In this document: positions 29,341 through 52,496 of the stretch, piece by piece
How the letters are laid out: every line of letters starts with the position of its first letter
Numbering within the stretch: the stretch's first letter is position 1
Origin: the human T2T-CHM13v2.0 reference genome, Homo sapiens
Reading direction: 5' to 3' (one strand)
DNA: 64,000 bases
Assembly: GCF_009914755.1 (NCBI RefSeq)
Contig: NC_060928.1
Notes under the pieces: model-generated
Seen by the model: the letters and a program-made list of their open reading frames with translations, nothing else
Told to the model about the DNA's origin: nothing
Databases searched by the model: none
Position numbers and translations under genes: made by a program

Positions 29341-30340
29341 TCAGAAGGCTGAGGTGGGAGGATCAATTGAGCCTGGGAGGTCAAGGCTGCAGTGACTGTG
29401 ACCTCACCACTACCCTCCAGCCTGGGTGACAGAGCCAGACCAAAAAAAAAGAAAAGAGATGTTGGCTCCATGGCTCCATTTGATTGCTTCTCTGGTATGG
29501 CAGACAGGACAGGCTTGGTCTTTGCTCTCTGATACTGGTCCTGGGATATTGTGATAAGAATCAGATTTCTTCCTGTCTTCATCTGGGATGCCACAGAGGC
29601 CAGGAAGGGCCAATCTTTCAGTCCACGCTTTTGTCCTTCACATCCCTCTCCTGGGCATGTACACACCCTAAACTCTTTCTTGTACATGTGCACTAAGTGA
29701 CATGTAATAGTAATAACACAACAATTATAAGGCTAGGCTTGGTGGCTTACACCTGTAGTCCCAGTGCTTTGGGAGGCTGAGATGGGAGGATTGCTTGAGG
29801 CCAGGAGTTCAAGGCTGCATTGAGCCATGATTGTGCCATTGCACTCCAGCCTGGGCAATAGAGTGAGGCCCTGTCTCTAAACAACAACAACAAATAACAA
29901 AACAATAATAAATACTTGGAAGTATTAATGCACTTACCCGCTCACAGTAACTGTATGAAATAGGCATGATTATTATCTCTGTTTTACAGAAGGAGAAACT
30001 GAGGCTATAGAGGTTGGGTAAGTTGGCTCAGGTCCCTCAGCCAGTGAGTGGCTGAAGCCGGACTTGCAGTGGCCCATGGCTTTGACCTCTATGCTGTCCT
30101 CCAGAGGACCCTTCCACTGTGTCTTGCACATGGGAAGCATGCTGCTTGATAACAGAACAGCTGACACCCTCACTCCCAAGAAGGGAATGCATCCTTCTAT
30201 TTCACTGCTTTTTTCATTCATTCTATTTCACTTCTGTTTTCACTTATAGCGTTAGAACCTAACGTGGACTTCTGTAATTGCAAATTCAAAATATTGAATT
30301 GTGTGTAATGATTGGCTTTCCCATATTCAGTGCCTATTAA

Positions 30341-30538
<198 letters not shown>

Positions 30539-31935
30539 TGAGGTGGCACATGCCTGTAGTCCCAGCTACTCAGGAGGCTGAGGCTGAAGGATTGCTTAAG
30601 CCCAAGACTTCAAGGCTATAGTACGGGATGATCAAGCCTGTGAATAGCCACTGCACTCCAACCTGGGCAATGTAGCAAGACCCCATCTCTAATACAACAG
30701 AAAAAAAGAAAAGAGACCTCAATAAAAGAAGTGTTAACTTCTCACAATGCATACTGATTGACGTAGACTTTTCCATCTGTCAAAATACAATTAGAAATTT
30801 TGAGTTGTATATGATATTTTTATACAGAAATTTTCATAGGTATTAGTGTTATACCATTTCTTCTAATTTAATAGACTCTGTTCTCTCTTTTTAAAATGGC
30901 AGGTATCCCTGTTGGTTCAGTGGCTAGAAAATAAAACTTAGCTTAGATTTTTAGTGCTAGAATAGGATGCAATGGGTGGGACCTGGCAGTTAAACCCTGC
31001 TCAGCCTCTTACTGTTTATGTGGCCTCAGGTAAGTGGCTTAGCTTGTATGAGTGGCAGGTCCTTGTTCTATAAATTACAGGTAATTATAGAATCTGCCTC
31101 CTTGGACCATTGCTAGGATCACCTGGGAAATGTGTGTACAACGCTTATAGCACAATGTTTGGTGCACAAAATAAGTGCTTAAAAAGTGTTAGCTGTGGGC
31201 CGGGCGCAGTGGCTCATGCCGGTAATCCAGCACTTTGGGAGGCCGAGGCGGGTGGATCACCTGAGGTCAGCAGTTCAAGACCAGCCTGGCCAAAATGGTG
31301 AAACCCGTCTCTACTAGAACTACAAAACTTAGCCAGGCACGGTGGCATGCACCTGTACTCCCAGCTACTTGGGAGGCTGAGGCAGGAGAAATCGCCTGAA
31401 CCCAGGAGGTGGAGGTTGCAGTGAGCTGAGGTGGCTCCACTGCACTCCAGCCTGGGCAACACAGCAAGACTCTGTCTCAAAAAAAAAAAAAAAAGTGTTA
31501 GCTGCTACTAGTGTTATTATTAGTACTATTATTATTGATTGATTAAATTTCCAGTTCTTGCTTATACATGCTGTTTTTGAGGCGCTGGGTATAAACATCT
31601 TTGAGGTTCTTTTTTCAAAGGATGGCACAACGTATATACGTCATCTTCTTCACCTGCTTTCTGACAGGTTGAGAGGGATCTACCCAAGAGTATACCAGGA
31701 GTTATGAACATACATATTTCCTAGTGTTGGCTGGTTTCAGACCTATCTTTAGTTAGTGAGGATAATTAGACTGTTCTGCCTTTTGCTTCAGTGTCTTAAA
31801 TATTAATTAAGATTAATTGGCCGGGTGGTGGCTCACGCCTATAATCCCAGCACTTTGGGAGGCTGAGGCGGGTGAATCATGAGGTCAGGAGTTCGAGACC
31901 AGCCTGGTAAACATGGTGAAAACCCGTCTCTACTA

Positions 31936-32124
<189 letters not shown>

Positions 32125-32300
32125 TTAATTGCTCTTAGAGCAAGTCAAGAGCTATCCTGCTAGAGGGAGCCACAGTCCCTGAGCACAGACACCCTTTGTC
32201 CCGGGCATCCCCTTTGAGCAGAATGGTTCAATAAATGAGGCGAAGACAAGCGCTGAGTAAACTTTTCTTTTTTAAAAGAACAATGCAATGTGAGACCTGA

Positions 32301-32444
<144 letters not shown>

Positions 32445-32921
32445 TGAGAACATGGCTTCAGGTAATGCATCAGCTCTCCCAGTACACTGTTGCCTTAGTG
32501 GGTGTTTTGGGAATAATCTTTGCCAACTGTGAGAATCCACATGGAATTTTGAGCAAAAGGTTTTTAAGAATCCCTTCTCTTGGTGACTTCACCTTTTACC
32601 TCATAGTTCTGAAGAAGCTGGTTTCCATGCTTGATGCCCCAGCTCAGTCACTTTGCCCAGATGGAAAGACGATTCTGTTTCCGCATTGTGGAATTTCCAT
32701 GATTCTATTTCCATACATTTAAGACTGGTCCCAAATTCACATAGTACAGAGTGAATTAGTAAATATACTTACGTAACCCTACTCTGTTTGGACACGTATG
32801 TACCTCATACCTACATCAAAAGGTGTTTGGAAATGTGTCAATTTGGGAAAATCCTAAGGAAATGACTCACAGACTCACGAGGGGTGTTTTTTTTGTTTTG
32901 TTTTGTTTTGTTTTGTTTTGA

Positions 32922-33062
<141 letters not shown>

Positions 33063-35534
33063 TAGCTAATTTTCGTATTTTTAGTAGAGAGGGGGTTTCT
33101 CCATGTTGGTCAGGGTGGTCTTGAACTCCCGACCTCGGGTGATCCGCCCTCCTCAGCCTCCCAAAGTGCTGGGATTACAGGCGTGAGCCACCGTGCCTGG
33201 CCCGGGGTGTTGTTTAAATATGATGGGTCTCCTAGATGGAGACCACTGTAGTTGGTGGATGGAGAACAGCAGCAGTTCTGGTCTGGGGATTTAAAGAGAT
33301 ATTAATTACCTTACTAGTTACCTGGAGTGATCATATGGAGTTCAAGAACTTTTAAGTCCCTAAGAGCCAGGCAAGCCATTGGCAAACTAATACTGTATGT
33401 TTAACTCAGGAGCAGGTTACACTGCCCGGGTGTGACTCAGATATTACTGCTCCCATATTACAATTCAAAGGAAAAGCCACTAGCATTGCCTTGAAGTTAA
33501 TTAGAAAGCTGACCTAGGAGGCAGCACACTGCACCTATATCTGTTATGCACCTGCAGCTTGACATGACAAGAAATTGGCCAACGTAGTTGTTACTTCAGG
33601 AGAAGTAACAGTACTGTCCCTCTGGTACAGTTCCAGAGACCATGAAGAATATTTTGCCTAATCCAATCGTATGCTTGCTCTAATCCCTCCATGATAGATA
33701 TTTCTGTAAGAAATCCACCCTCTGTTTGAATATGTCCTAGAACAGGAAAGTCATTTTCTTACTTGGACTCTTGCTAATCTGCCTTTAATGATCTGCAAAT
33801 GTAATGACTCAGATTTTGTGAAAGAACAGAGGAAAAATTTCTGGAACATGGGTCATGTGTTTACAAAGGAATGAAAGTCTAATTATAGCCACATGTAAGT
33901 TTTTAAAACATGTCAGTCTTAATAGGATATAATAGGGACATGTTAGCAAATTTTAGCTATTGTGAAAGACCTGGTGCTGGGCGCGGTGGCTCACGCCTGT
34001 AATCCTAGCACTTCGGGAGGCCAAGGTAGGCAGATCGCTTGAGCCCAGAAGTTCCAGATCAGCCTAGGCAACATGGCAAGACCCCATCTCTATTTAAATA
34101 TTTAATATAAATAAATACATTAAAAAAGAAGATAAGAAAGACTCAGTATAATTATGATTGTATAGATTACTTTTTAACAGATTTACTTGGGTTCCCAAAC
34201 AAATGATTGGCTGCACGAATAAAGCATGGCAGTTTCCCACAGACTTGCTCTGGAGGTGTTGTACTCTCAGTCAAGGCCCAGAGGCAGTGAGCAGTCAGCT
34301 CACCCCTACTCTGAATGCCTGTCAGAAGGAGCCCTGCTTGCCCTCATGCGGGGACAGCCTCGGTGCCCTTTAATCCAGATTCTAATCGTGCATTTGCTTT
34401 TTCCAAGTGCTAGCACTTCCTCCAGTGGGCTTGAGAGAGCAAACCTAGTTGGTTTTATTTTGTCAACAGTAATTCTTTCGCTTATGCTTGAAGTCCTCCG
34501 AAATGAATTTGTAGGGTCCTGAGTGAGCACAATGGTAAAGGAATTGAGTAGACATCTCTGCTGTCATGGTTTTAGGCCACAGACTGTAGTGGAAAGAGCA
34601 CGTACTTCAGACGTGGGCAGACCCGAGGTCAGGGTCCTGTCGTATCACTTCCAGCAGCGTGATCTTGGGCCCGCCATCGTGATCTCATCTCTAGCAGGGA
34701 AATAATCGGCCCTGCCCGCCAGGCTGCTGTGAGCCAGCGAGTGTTCACACCCAGCTCTCAGCACAGTGCCTGGCACTCTTGTCTGCTTTCCATTCCCTTT
34801 CTCTGATTTGCCCATTCCACTTAGAATAATTTGTTTTAAATTAACGATAAAGAGATATGAAGAGATTTTTATGCCAAGTCTTAATGGTAAGAAAATGATT
34901 AAATACATATTGGGATAGTCACATTTTAGGAAAACATTTCACGATAGGAAAATAGTCACACAATAAGATTTTTTAAAAGGAGGTTAGGAAATATTACCTA
35001 TTTTACAATACGAGACCAGTTTTGCCATGAAAGGCTGGAGTGGTGGGAACAGGGTATGTATTCTTGCATACCCATGTAAGAAGGTGGGCCCAAAATCAAA
35101 TAGAGCAAAATATTAACAGTCATTATCTTGGAATTACGGGTGAGTTTTTATCACTGTCCTTATTACTTCCAATATTTTCCACAATTAACTTTGTATTTCT
35201 TTTACCACCAAAATTATTTTATTGATAGATAAAATTAAATCATGTCTTATGTTTGCTTTTAAAGCAGTCCCCTGTGGGGTGTGCAGTGGATGGGAGTTGG
35301 AAGAAACAGCAGCCTAATGTTGATGACACAGAGGCACGGGGACCAGAACCTGAGGCTCATGATACTATTTTTTCCACTTTTGTATGTTGGAAATTTTTCA
35401 TGACATAAAGTTAAAATAATACATAAATACTACTTTAAGAAGTAATAGAATAAAGATATGAAAATTGTGAATTCTATGAAATATATTTCCTTATACTCTT
35501 GACATTTTAAATTAAAAAATCAAGAATCTTTTTA

Positions 35535-36055
<521 letters not shown>

Positions 36056-36363
36056 TAAAACTTTTGCACTTTTACAAAAAGTAAAATACACATATGGGGA
36101 CATTTAAAAATTAAACATTTACCGTGATCACCTATGCCAACTAGTTCCATTTGTACACTGTCTTAGAGTTGATAGAGTACAGTGCATCACTGAGGGAGGA
36201 GCCGACTCACACTGACGAAGCTCACCTTTGAAACGGTCTCGGCTCCTCATGCACTGCTGCTGGTCTCTGCCAGTGAGGGTCTCATCAAGCAAAGAGCTTC
36301 CTTTGTGTGGCCTAAGAAATGCCAGGTGGACATAAACCTCCTTTATTTTGCTGTTTAAACTAG

Positions 36364-36519
<156 letters not shown>

Positions 36520-36838
36520 TAGTCTTCACTGTGCATTGTTTGATTCATAGCACTTTTGTCAGCCGACATGCCGCTCAGCTCACGCTCACTGAAGCCGTGG
36601 AAGTCATTTCTTGTTTTCTGAGTTTATGTGGGGGTTTGCTCTTTTTAGTAACAGTTTTGTTTTTAGTAACAGCTCTCTTCTTTCTTATTCAAACCTTAGA
36701 AAACATAGAAGGAGTGATACTGCTTCTAACTTCTGGTTTGTTATAAATCTGTAGTCCCCCGCCTCCCATTCTGTCACTCTTCACACCTGCCAGCTTGCAG
36801 AGGCTCCAGGTCCATTAGTTACCCGTGTTTCTTGGTGA

Positions 36839-39430
<2,592 letters not shown>

Positions 39431-39551
39431 CCGTGTAACTACCTTGGAACATAGAAATCCACAATCTAGCTTTATGAAAAGAACAGAAACAGTTGTTACA
39501 GTTTCTTTTGCTTAAATGCTTTGATTTCTATATCGTTGGCCTCTCCCAAGG

Positions 39552-39647
39552 AACCTAGAGACATTTTTCTCCTTCCCTATGGTGTTTTCTCCCTGCTTAA
39601 CCTAGAGACATTTTTCTCCTTCTGTGATGGTGTTTACCCCCTGCTTA
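39552..39647. repeat. 47-bp tandem duplication
   Basis: aacctagagacatttttctccttc...atggtgttt...cctgctta at 39552 and again at 39599. Confidence 0.9.
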
Positions 39648-40334
39648 CAGTGGCATGTTCATCCCTGCTGCGCCCTGACCCATGGCAGTAATGCCTCTCC
39701 CTGGAGCCCTCTGCCCCTGCCTGCACCCTCGCCCCTCACAGTCTGTTCTCCACGGAGCAGTGCAAGGCAGTCTGTGGACAAGTTAAATTAGTCATCCACT
39801 TTCCTGATTAAAAACTCCAGTGGCCACCTGCCACTCTGAGAATAAAATTAGACTCAGCTCTGGCCTTTCAGGCACTGAGGGACCTGGCTCCTGCAGCCTC
39901 TGCCACATCAGGCCTGGGGTCTGACTGCACTCTGCCTGAAGCATCACTGCCTTTCCCTCTTGCCCTTGGTCTCCCTCCCCATAGGCAGTCTGTGAGTCGC
40001 CCATCACTCTGTTGGATGGTTTCTTTGCATTGGTTCATCTGTCATCTGTAACTGCCCAGGCCTCCTCCACCACGATATTAGGACAGAGCTCCTCAGGGCC
40101 ATGCTCACCACTGCATCCCAGCTGCCCACAACAAGGCTGGCGTGATAAAAGATTCTCAATATAATTTTAATATATATTAAGCAGATGTTGAATGAATATT
40201 CACAAGAGGAGAGAAAGTAAGGGATCCTTACTAATTCAAGGGCCAGTGAGAATTCCTTGTGGTTTAATTCTGTGGTCTGTTGCATGCCGGCTGGGGCCTC
40301 CTCTCCTCCATTCTCAGCACCTCTGTTACTGTTT

Positions 40335-41960
40335 TAATACATCATGACCAAGTTGGATTTATTCCAGGAATGAAAATCAAATAATGTAATTTATCACGTT
40401 ACCAGAATAAAGGGAAGAACCATATGGTCATCTCAACAGCTGCAGGAAGAGCTTTTGATAGAAGCTAATGCCCAGTCATGCTTAAAAACTCGAAGCAAAC
40501 CAGGTACAGAAAGGAACTTCCTTCAGAAAATCTCTAACACAATCATACTTAATATGAAAATATTAAAAGCTTTTCCCCGTGAGATCTGGAATGAGGCTAG
40601 ATACCTGCTGACCATTTCAATTCAACATGATATTGGAAATTCTGGCCAGTGCAGTAAGGTAAAGGAAAAAGTGAAAGGGATTAAGGTTAGAGAAAAGAAG
40701 AAAAAAGGTTAAAAAAAAGCCCTCATCATTTTCTTTTTCTTTTTCTTTTTCTTTTTTTTTTTTTTAGATAGAGATGGGGGTCTCACTATATTGCCCATGC
40801 TGGTCTGGAACTCCAGGGATCAAGTGATCCTCCTACCTAGGCCTCCCAAACTGCTGGGATTATAGGTATGAACCACTGTGCCCGGCCACAACTCATTATT
40901 TTCGAACAACATCATTGTATGTGGAGACATTCCCAGATTTTTAGATAACCTATTAAGGATTTAACCAAGTGATTAAATGTGAATCAGCCACTAACAATTA
41001 GAAAATGGAAATGTTACTGATACCATTTACAATGGCATCAAGAAACATCAAAATCTAAGAAAAGACCCGGTGAGGTGGTGTGCACCTGTAGTCCCAGCTT
41101 CTTGGGTGACTGAGATGGGAGGATCAGTTGAGCCCAGGAGTTTGAGTCCAGCCTGGGCAACATAGCAAGACCCTGTCTCTTAAAAAATAACTCTAGGCAA
41201 AGAACTGACAAAAATGTGCAAGACTTCTACACTGAGAACTGTAAAATGTTATTATAAGAAATTAAAGAAGGAGGCTGGGCACTGTGGTTCACGCCCGTGA
41301 TCCCAGCACTTTGGGAGGCCGAGGCAGGTGGATCACTTGAGGTCAGGAGTTTGAGATCAGCCTGGCCAACATGGTGAAACCTCATCTCTACTATAAATAC
41401 AAAAATTAGCCGGGCGTGGTGACAGGTGCCTATAATCCCAGCTACTCGGGAGGCTGAGGCAGGAGAATCGCTTGAAACCTGGGAGACAGAGGTTGCAGTG
41501 AGCCGAGATGGTGCCACTGCACTCCAGCCTGGGCGACAGAGCAAGACTGTGTCTCAAAAAAATAAAGAAAGAAGGTCTAAATAAATAGGGGGAGACCATG
41601 TTCCCAGATTGGAAGACCCGATGCTGTAAAGATGCTGGTTTTCCCTAATTGATCTGTAGATTAAATGAATTGAATGCAGCCCCAATCAGAATCCCAGCAG
41701 GGTGTGTGTGTATGTGTGTGTGTGTGAACTGACATACAAACCAATAGAAAAATGGGGGGAAAATAGACTAGGCATTTCACAAAAGAGGATCCAAATGGCT
41801 ATTAATTATATGAAAGGGTCCCCTATCTTTGCATATATAGAGAAATGCAAATTAAGACCGCAGTAAGAGACTACTCCACCAGCATTATTCAAACTAAAAA
41901 GATTGACAGCACAAAATGTTGGAAGGATGTGGCACAGTAAGACCTCTCTTGCACTGCTGG
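40335..41960 (+). mobile_element. Decayed L1M ORF2 fragments with inserted Alus
   Basis: catcatgaccaagttggatttattccaggaatg and other L1 ORF2 motifs. Confidence 0.7.
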
Positions 41961-42317
41961 TGGGGCATAGCTTATGTGCTGAATGCGGTTGCCCGGGAAG
42001 TACAGAATGTCAGGGCTCAAGTGATGAGAGCACAACACAGAGGAGTCATGATCCCAAGTATCTTGGTGAAGTTTCGCCACTTCTTCGCTTAGCTGTAGAA
42101 AGTTCTCTCTTTTGGCTACACAGCTGCGGTAAAATCTTCAGCATGCCAAGGTCCAAGAGGCACGTGATATGTCCTGTACATTTCTCTGAAACATATAGTA
42201 TTCACATGTTCTGATTGTAAACCTAACACAGATTATTTGCATATTATTAGCAAATAGAGGAAATCACCAATGAAAGAGCAAGTTCGTGTTCTGTTTTTAT
42301 GATGTTGCTGTCTTTAG

Positions 42318-42509
<192 letters not shown>

Positions 42510-43378
42510 TAAGAACGGTGCTACCTAATGGAGCCTGCAAGTCTTGGAGCCGGTTTCTCCCAGCCCTAGGCTTCCCTGGTTCACACTGGCTGCTTCCAGG
42601 ATGGGCAGGAGAATAGCTGGGAGGCCCTCGATGGTGATTCTTAGGGTTGGTCACTTACACTATTGGAAATATGGCCAGTCAGAGGGCCCTGGGTGTTTTT
42701 TTGTTTTGTGTTTGAGATGGAGTCTCACTCTGTCACCTAGGCTGGAGTGCAATGGCACAATCTCGGCTCACTGCAGTTCGAGTGATTCTCCTGCCTCAGA
42801 CTCCCAAGTAGCTGGGACTACAGGCACCCGCCACCATGCCCAGCTAATTTTTTGTATTTTTACTAGAGATGGGGGTCTCACCATGTTGGCCAGGCTGGTC
42901 TCGATCTCCTGACCTCAGGTGATCCACGGGCCTCAGCCTCCAAAAGTGCTGGGATTACAGGTGTGAGCCACCGTGCCCAGCCTAAATCTCTAATAAATTG
43001 TCTTTTTGAAGCAGAAGTTTGTTTTTTACTGGTTAAGTTGATCAAATAAAGGTGGTGCTACTCATGTAAGCATAAGAAGAGCCCATTTCCAAGGTTCTTA
43101 GGTATGTTGATAGTTCTGATAAGGATCTATTATGTCCTGCCATATAACATAACAATTTAATGTCTTGAAATAGTAGTTTCTTTTTTGCATCTTAGAATTT
43201 AGTAAAGAAAATTAAATTAAACTTCATAGTTTAGTGTAATCAATGTATTTAGTTTTAGGAAAAAACAATTCCCCCTCCTGTCCCTTAAATGCTGGAGTTC
43301 CTGGGCTCTGAGTCTCTTCTCAGTCACTCTCCCTGGGTAATTTCATTTCCTCCCTTCTGTGGGTTCATCTGCCAGTTA

Positions 43379-43745
43379 TAGTCGGTCCCCCATATCCATG
43401 GGTTCCATGTTGTAGATTCAAAGAGCTGTGAATCGAAAATATTCAGAAAATCCTGCTCAACAGGATGAAAGGGGGAAAAAAAAGAGAAAATATTCAGAAA
43501 AAAAAGGATGCTTGCGTCTGTATTGAACATGTAGACTTTGTTCTTGTCACTATTCCCTAAACAATATAGTACAATTATGATTTACTTATCATTTACATTG
43601 TGTCCGGTAGTATGTGTAATCTAGAGGTGATTTAAAGTAATTGGGAGGATGTGTGTAGGTTATATGGAAATTTTGCACCATTTTATATCAGGGACTTGAG
43701 GACCCTTGGATTTTGATATCCAAGGGAAAGGGGCCTGCTGTGGGA
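43379..43745. mobile_element. MER2-like TcMar-Tigger DNA transposon
   Basis: agtcggtccc...atccatgggttcc...gaaaatattc...cattttatatcagggacttgag...ggattttgatatcc. Confidence 0.7.
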
Positions 43746-45090
43746 CCTGATGGTGTCTCCCTTGTCACCTTGTAAGCCTGGCCCTCGTGGCCTTTGTGAT
43801 GCAGCTCCCCACAGAGCCCTCCAGCCTTGGGTCCTGCTGCTCCCACACCCCCTGCCCTCATCATGCGAGGGTTTTAGCTGCTCAGGTGTCCTCACTTCAT
43901 TGTACCTTTGCACAAGGTGTTCCTGTGTGGGTGCCACTCTCCACCCAGCCCCTCTTCCTGTCATTCTGAGAGACTCCTGCTCATCCGCCCAGAGTTGGCC
44001 CACACAGCACGAGGGTGTGAGCATGAGGATGTGCCCCTCCCCCACATCCTCCAACTGCTCCCCGTGTTGTCTGCTCAGATGGTCACGTCAGACGATGAGC
44101 TTCTTGGGAGTCCTTGATCTCATTTCTCCCTATTCTGATGGACCTTTGGCTTCTCCTTATCTTATATATCCCACAGCCAATATGGGATAAATATCTCTTA
44201 AGGACCAGAGACCAGGCTTGGCAGTGGGGCTGACACCTCCGCACCTTGAGCATTGAGCAAGGGGTGGATTGCTGCCCTGGCTATGAGTCCTCTAGACACA
44301 GAGGTGGTCGCCTGAGTTGAGGAAGCCTTGTTGCCATTGCTTAGAGGTAAGAGTCTGGTGGTATTGGACCATGGAACACACCCATAGGAGATTTGATTCT
44401 TTTGTTACTCCTGGAGTAAATCACACTTCACAGGTGACTACGGCTGAGCCGCTGTGTTTGGTTTCAGTCTCAAGATGAGCTGGATTTTCTCATGTGAGCT
44501 TTGGCTCATCCTCTAACCTCCGGTACCCACTTGCCTCACCCGCCTGCACTCAGTGGGGGCTGCACCATGTCTGCCCCATCCACCGCTGTGTCCACGGGAC
44601 TCACCATCAGTAGGTATCACTAAGCATTTGTTGAATGAATGACCGATGGTCCCAGTGACATTCCCACCTCAGCCCCCTGAGTAGCTGGGACTACAGGTAC
44701 ACACCACTGCACCCAGCTTGAGGCATTCTAATATGGGGAATTTTCAGTTTTTGAAACACTTAAAAATATGTTAATGGTAAGAGAAATTGTGCCACGTTCA
44801 TTAAGGACTGTTTGCTTTCCTTCCTACTGGGCTGCATATTTAATCACTGAAATGTCTTCAAATCTGTATAACTATGCAAAGAAGTTCATTTTACACTGTC
44901 GTCACATGTGAGTTGTTTGCTGAGATGAATTTTGTAACATTCTTGTCCTGCCTGTTTGCCGTGGCTCATGAAGGGCAGTTTCGTGTTTTGCCGCGCTAGC
45001 CCTTGCTCACGCTGGTTGTTCCTACTGGGTACTCAGGAATCACAGTGCCAACTTCTGAATAATTGGGCCTTTTGTTGTTGTTTCTTGTAG

Positions 45091-45128
45091 AGACTTGAAG
45101 CCTGAGAATATTCTCCTTGATGATCGTG
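45091..45128 (+). CDS. GRK4: GRK4 exon 10 (38 nt), catalytic loop
   Basis: tttcttgtag|A...G|gtaagt; (R)DLKPENILLDDR(G). Confidence 0.97.
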
Positions 45129-45367
45129 GTAAGTGGGCAAGCCTTTCACATCTAATGGGTAGACTTTGTTAGAGGGACTTGGATACAGAAAGTTGGATGC
45201 AGAAAGTGGACTTAATGATTAGGAGAGAATGGAAACAATAACAAAAAGAAAAACTCTGTGGTATGTGTTCATTTTAAAAAGATGAAATACTGACAATTTG
45301 GTCATTCCCCTGTGTTTAGGCAAGAAGCAGAGATGGTCATAATTTTCAATTAATGATTGAGTTTTAG

Positions 45368-50023
<4,656 letters not shown>

Positions 50024-50527
50024 TAATTTGTTAGTTCCATAGGAATTCAACAAATATTTAAATCCTTCTATATTCAACGCATTAACACATAATATAGTTC
50101 CCTAAGTACCTTAATTTTGTTTATTATTTCCCTGACTCTATTACCATTTGTTCTCAAGAGAATAACTCCATATCATTCATGTGTAGCTGTCCCTGTGTAT
50201 AGTACTGGTACTCTGACAGAAAGTATTTATTTACTGTTCTGTAGTTGATATAATATTCATTATATTTTTATTGATGTACCTGGAAGTTGTATGACATAAA
50301 ATAATAAATCCAGTGTTTCTGTCTTATCAAGTGGTGGCCTATGATTAAAGGGCTTCCTGATCAATAGCCAGGCAAAAATCGAATTTTCCTGCTGCTAGTG
50401 AAAATGCATTGTATGGAATTTTACTAAACATGAAAAAGTTAAATGCCATTTTACGTTTACTGTTCCAGAGTATGAAATGCTATTATTTCCAGCCATGGTT
50501 TTTGAGGGGCCTTTTTTCCCATTTTAA

Positions 50528-50683
<156 letters not shown>

Positions 50684-51405
50684 TGAGAGGCTTTCGGCGT
50701 CCTTGTCCTTTCTATCCGGGTGCCTGAGTGCCTCAGAACACAGAGAAATCCACCCTGAATGGACCGGGGCCTCGGTTTGGACACACTAGTAGATGGCGCA
50801 GTGGTGTTTTGAATCTCTAACCTGTCAGAGTGTTGAGGCTGCTGGGGATCCTGTAGGCTGCCCTCGGCTTCTTACAGATGAGGGGTGAGGCCTGAGAGGT
50901 TGTGAGTCCTGAGGTCACTCAGCGAAGTGAGGGCAGAATCGGGATGACACCGCAGGTCTCCTCACTCTACCAGTGTCCTCCCCTGTGCACCACGGCCTCT
51001 CGGAGCCTCAGGAAATCACCCCACTCTGGTTATTCCAAAGATCCGGGGGCAGTGCCAGCCAACCCCCAGGGGTGGCCTCTGAGAGCCTCGCAGAGTCCTG
51101 CAGGAAGACCCCAAGGTCTTGTGGCTTTCCGCTCTTGCGTCTTGTGGGGTTTTTCACTGCCCTGGGATAGATGGCAAGACGTGACACTTGGGGCGCCCTG
51201 GGCATGGCTCTGTGTGTCTGGAGGGAGCCCCTTCAGGAGGTGGAGCCTTCCCTAGACCACCATTTCCCTTGTGAATGTGACTCTGTGGCAATTCAGCTCA
51301 TCTTGGATGAATCATACAAATGTTTAAAAATATTAGCTTTATTGGGATATAATTCATATATCATCAAGTCCACCAGTTTGAAGTGTGTAATACAACGGAT
51401 TTTAG

Positions 51406-51573
<168 letters not shown>

Positions 51574-51823
51574 TGAGTATCTGGAACTACAGGCGCCTGC
51601 CGCCATACCTGGCTAATTTTTGTATTTTTAGTAGAGACAGGGTTTCACCATGTTGTCCAGGCTGGTCTCAAACTCCTGATCTCAGGTGATCTGCCTGCCT
51701 TCGCCTCCCAAAATGCTGGGATTATAGGTGTGAGCCACCGCTCCCAGCCTTAACATAATGTTTTTAAGGTTCGTCCATGTTGTCACACACGTTGAATGTA
51801 TACTGTGTTACTGGGAATTATAA

Positions 51824-52102
<279 letters not shown>

Positions 52103-52231
52103 TAGAGGCTGGGAAATGGCACTTCTCACTCATTCTAGTTGTTTTCACTGGCAGCTATAACAAAAAAAATTGGTCTGTCATCTTCAGCAAGTCCTGGTCA
52201 CCCACCTCCCAGGCCCTGCCCCTGCCCCTGC

Positions 52232-52496
52232 AGCCCAGTAGGGAGGACACGCGTGTTCAGGAGGCTCGGGTCCACCTGTGTCTTGGCCCAGCAGGGAGGA
52301 CACGTGTGTTCAGGAGGCTCAGGTCCACCTGTCTCCTGGCCCAGCAGGGAGGACACGCGTGTTCAGGAGGCTCAGGTCCACCTGCCTCCTGGCCCAGCAG
52401 GGAGGACACATGTGCTCAGGAGGCTCACGTCAACCTGTCTCTTGGCCCAGCAGGGAGGACACGTTTGCTTAGGAAGCTCACGTCTACCTGCCTCCT
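52232..52496. repeat. 53-bp minisatellite, about 5 copies
   Basis: gggaggacac recurs at 52241, 52294, 52347, 52400 and 52453 (period exactly 53). Confidence 0.95.

Noticed and set aside
50770-50785. cctcggtttggacaca, similar to cctcggtttggccaca in exon 11
   Set aside because: Too short to separate from chance; no extended homology or splice sites to suggest a duplicated exon.
52232-52496. Regularly spaced repeats resembling a CRISPR array (also 63521-63645)
   Set aside because: Head-to-tail units without unique spacers, no cas genes, eukaryotic context.
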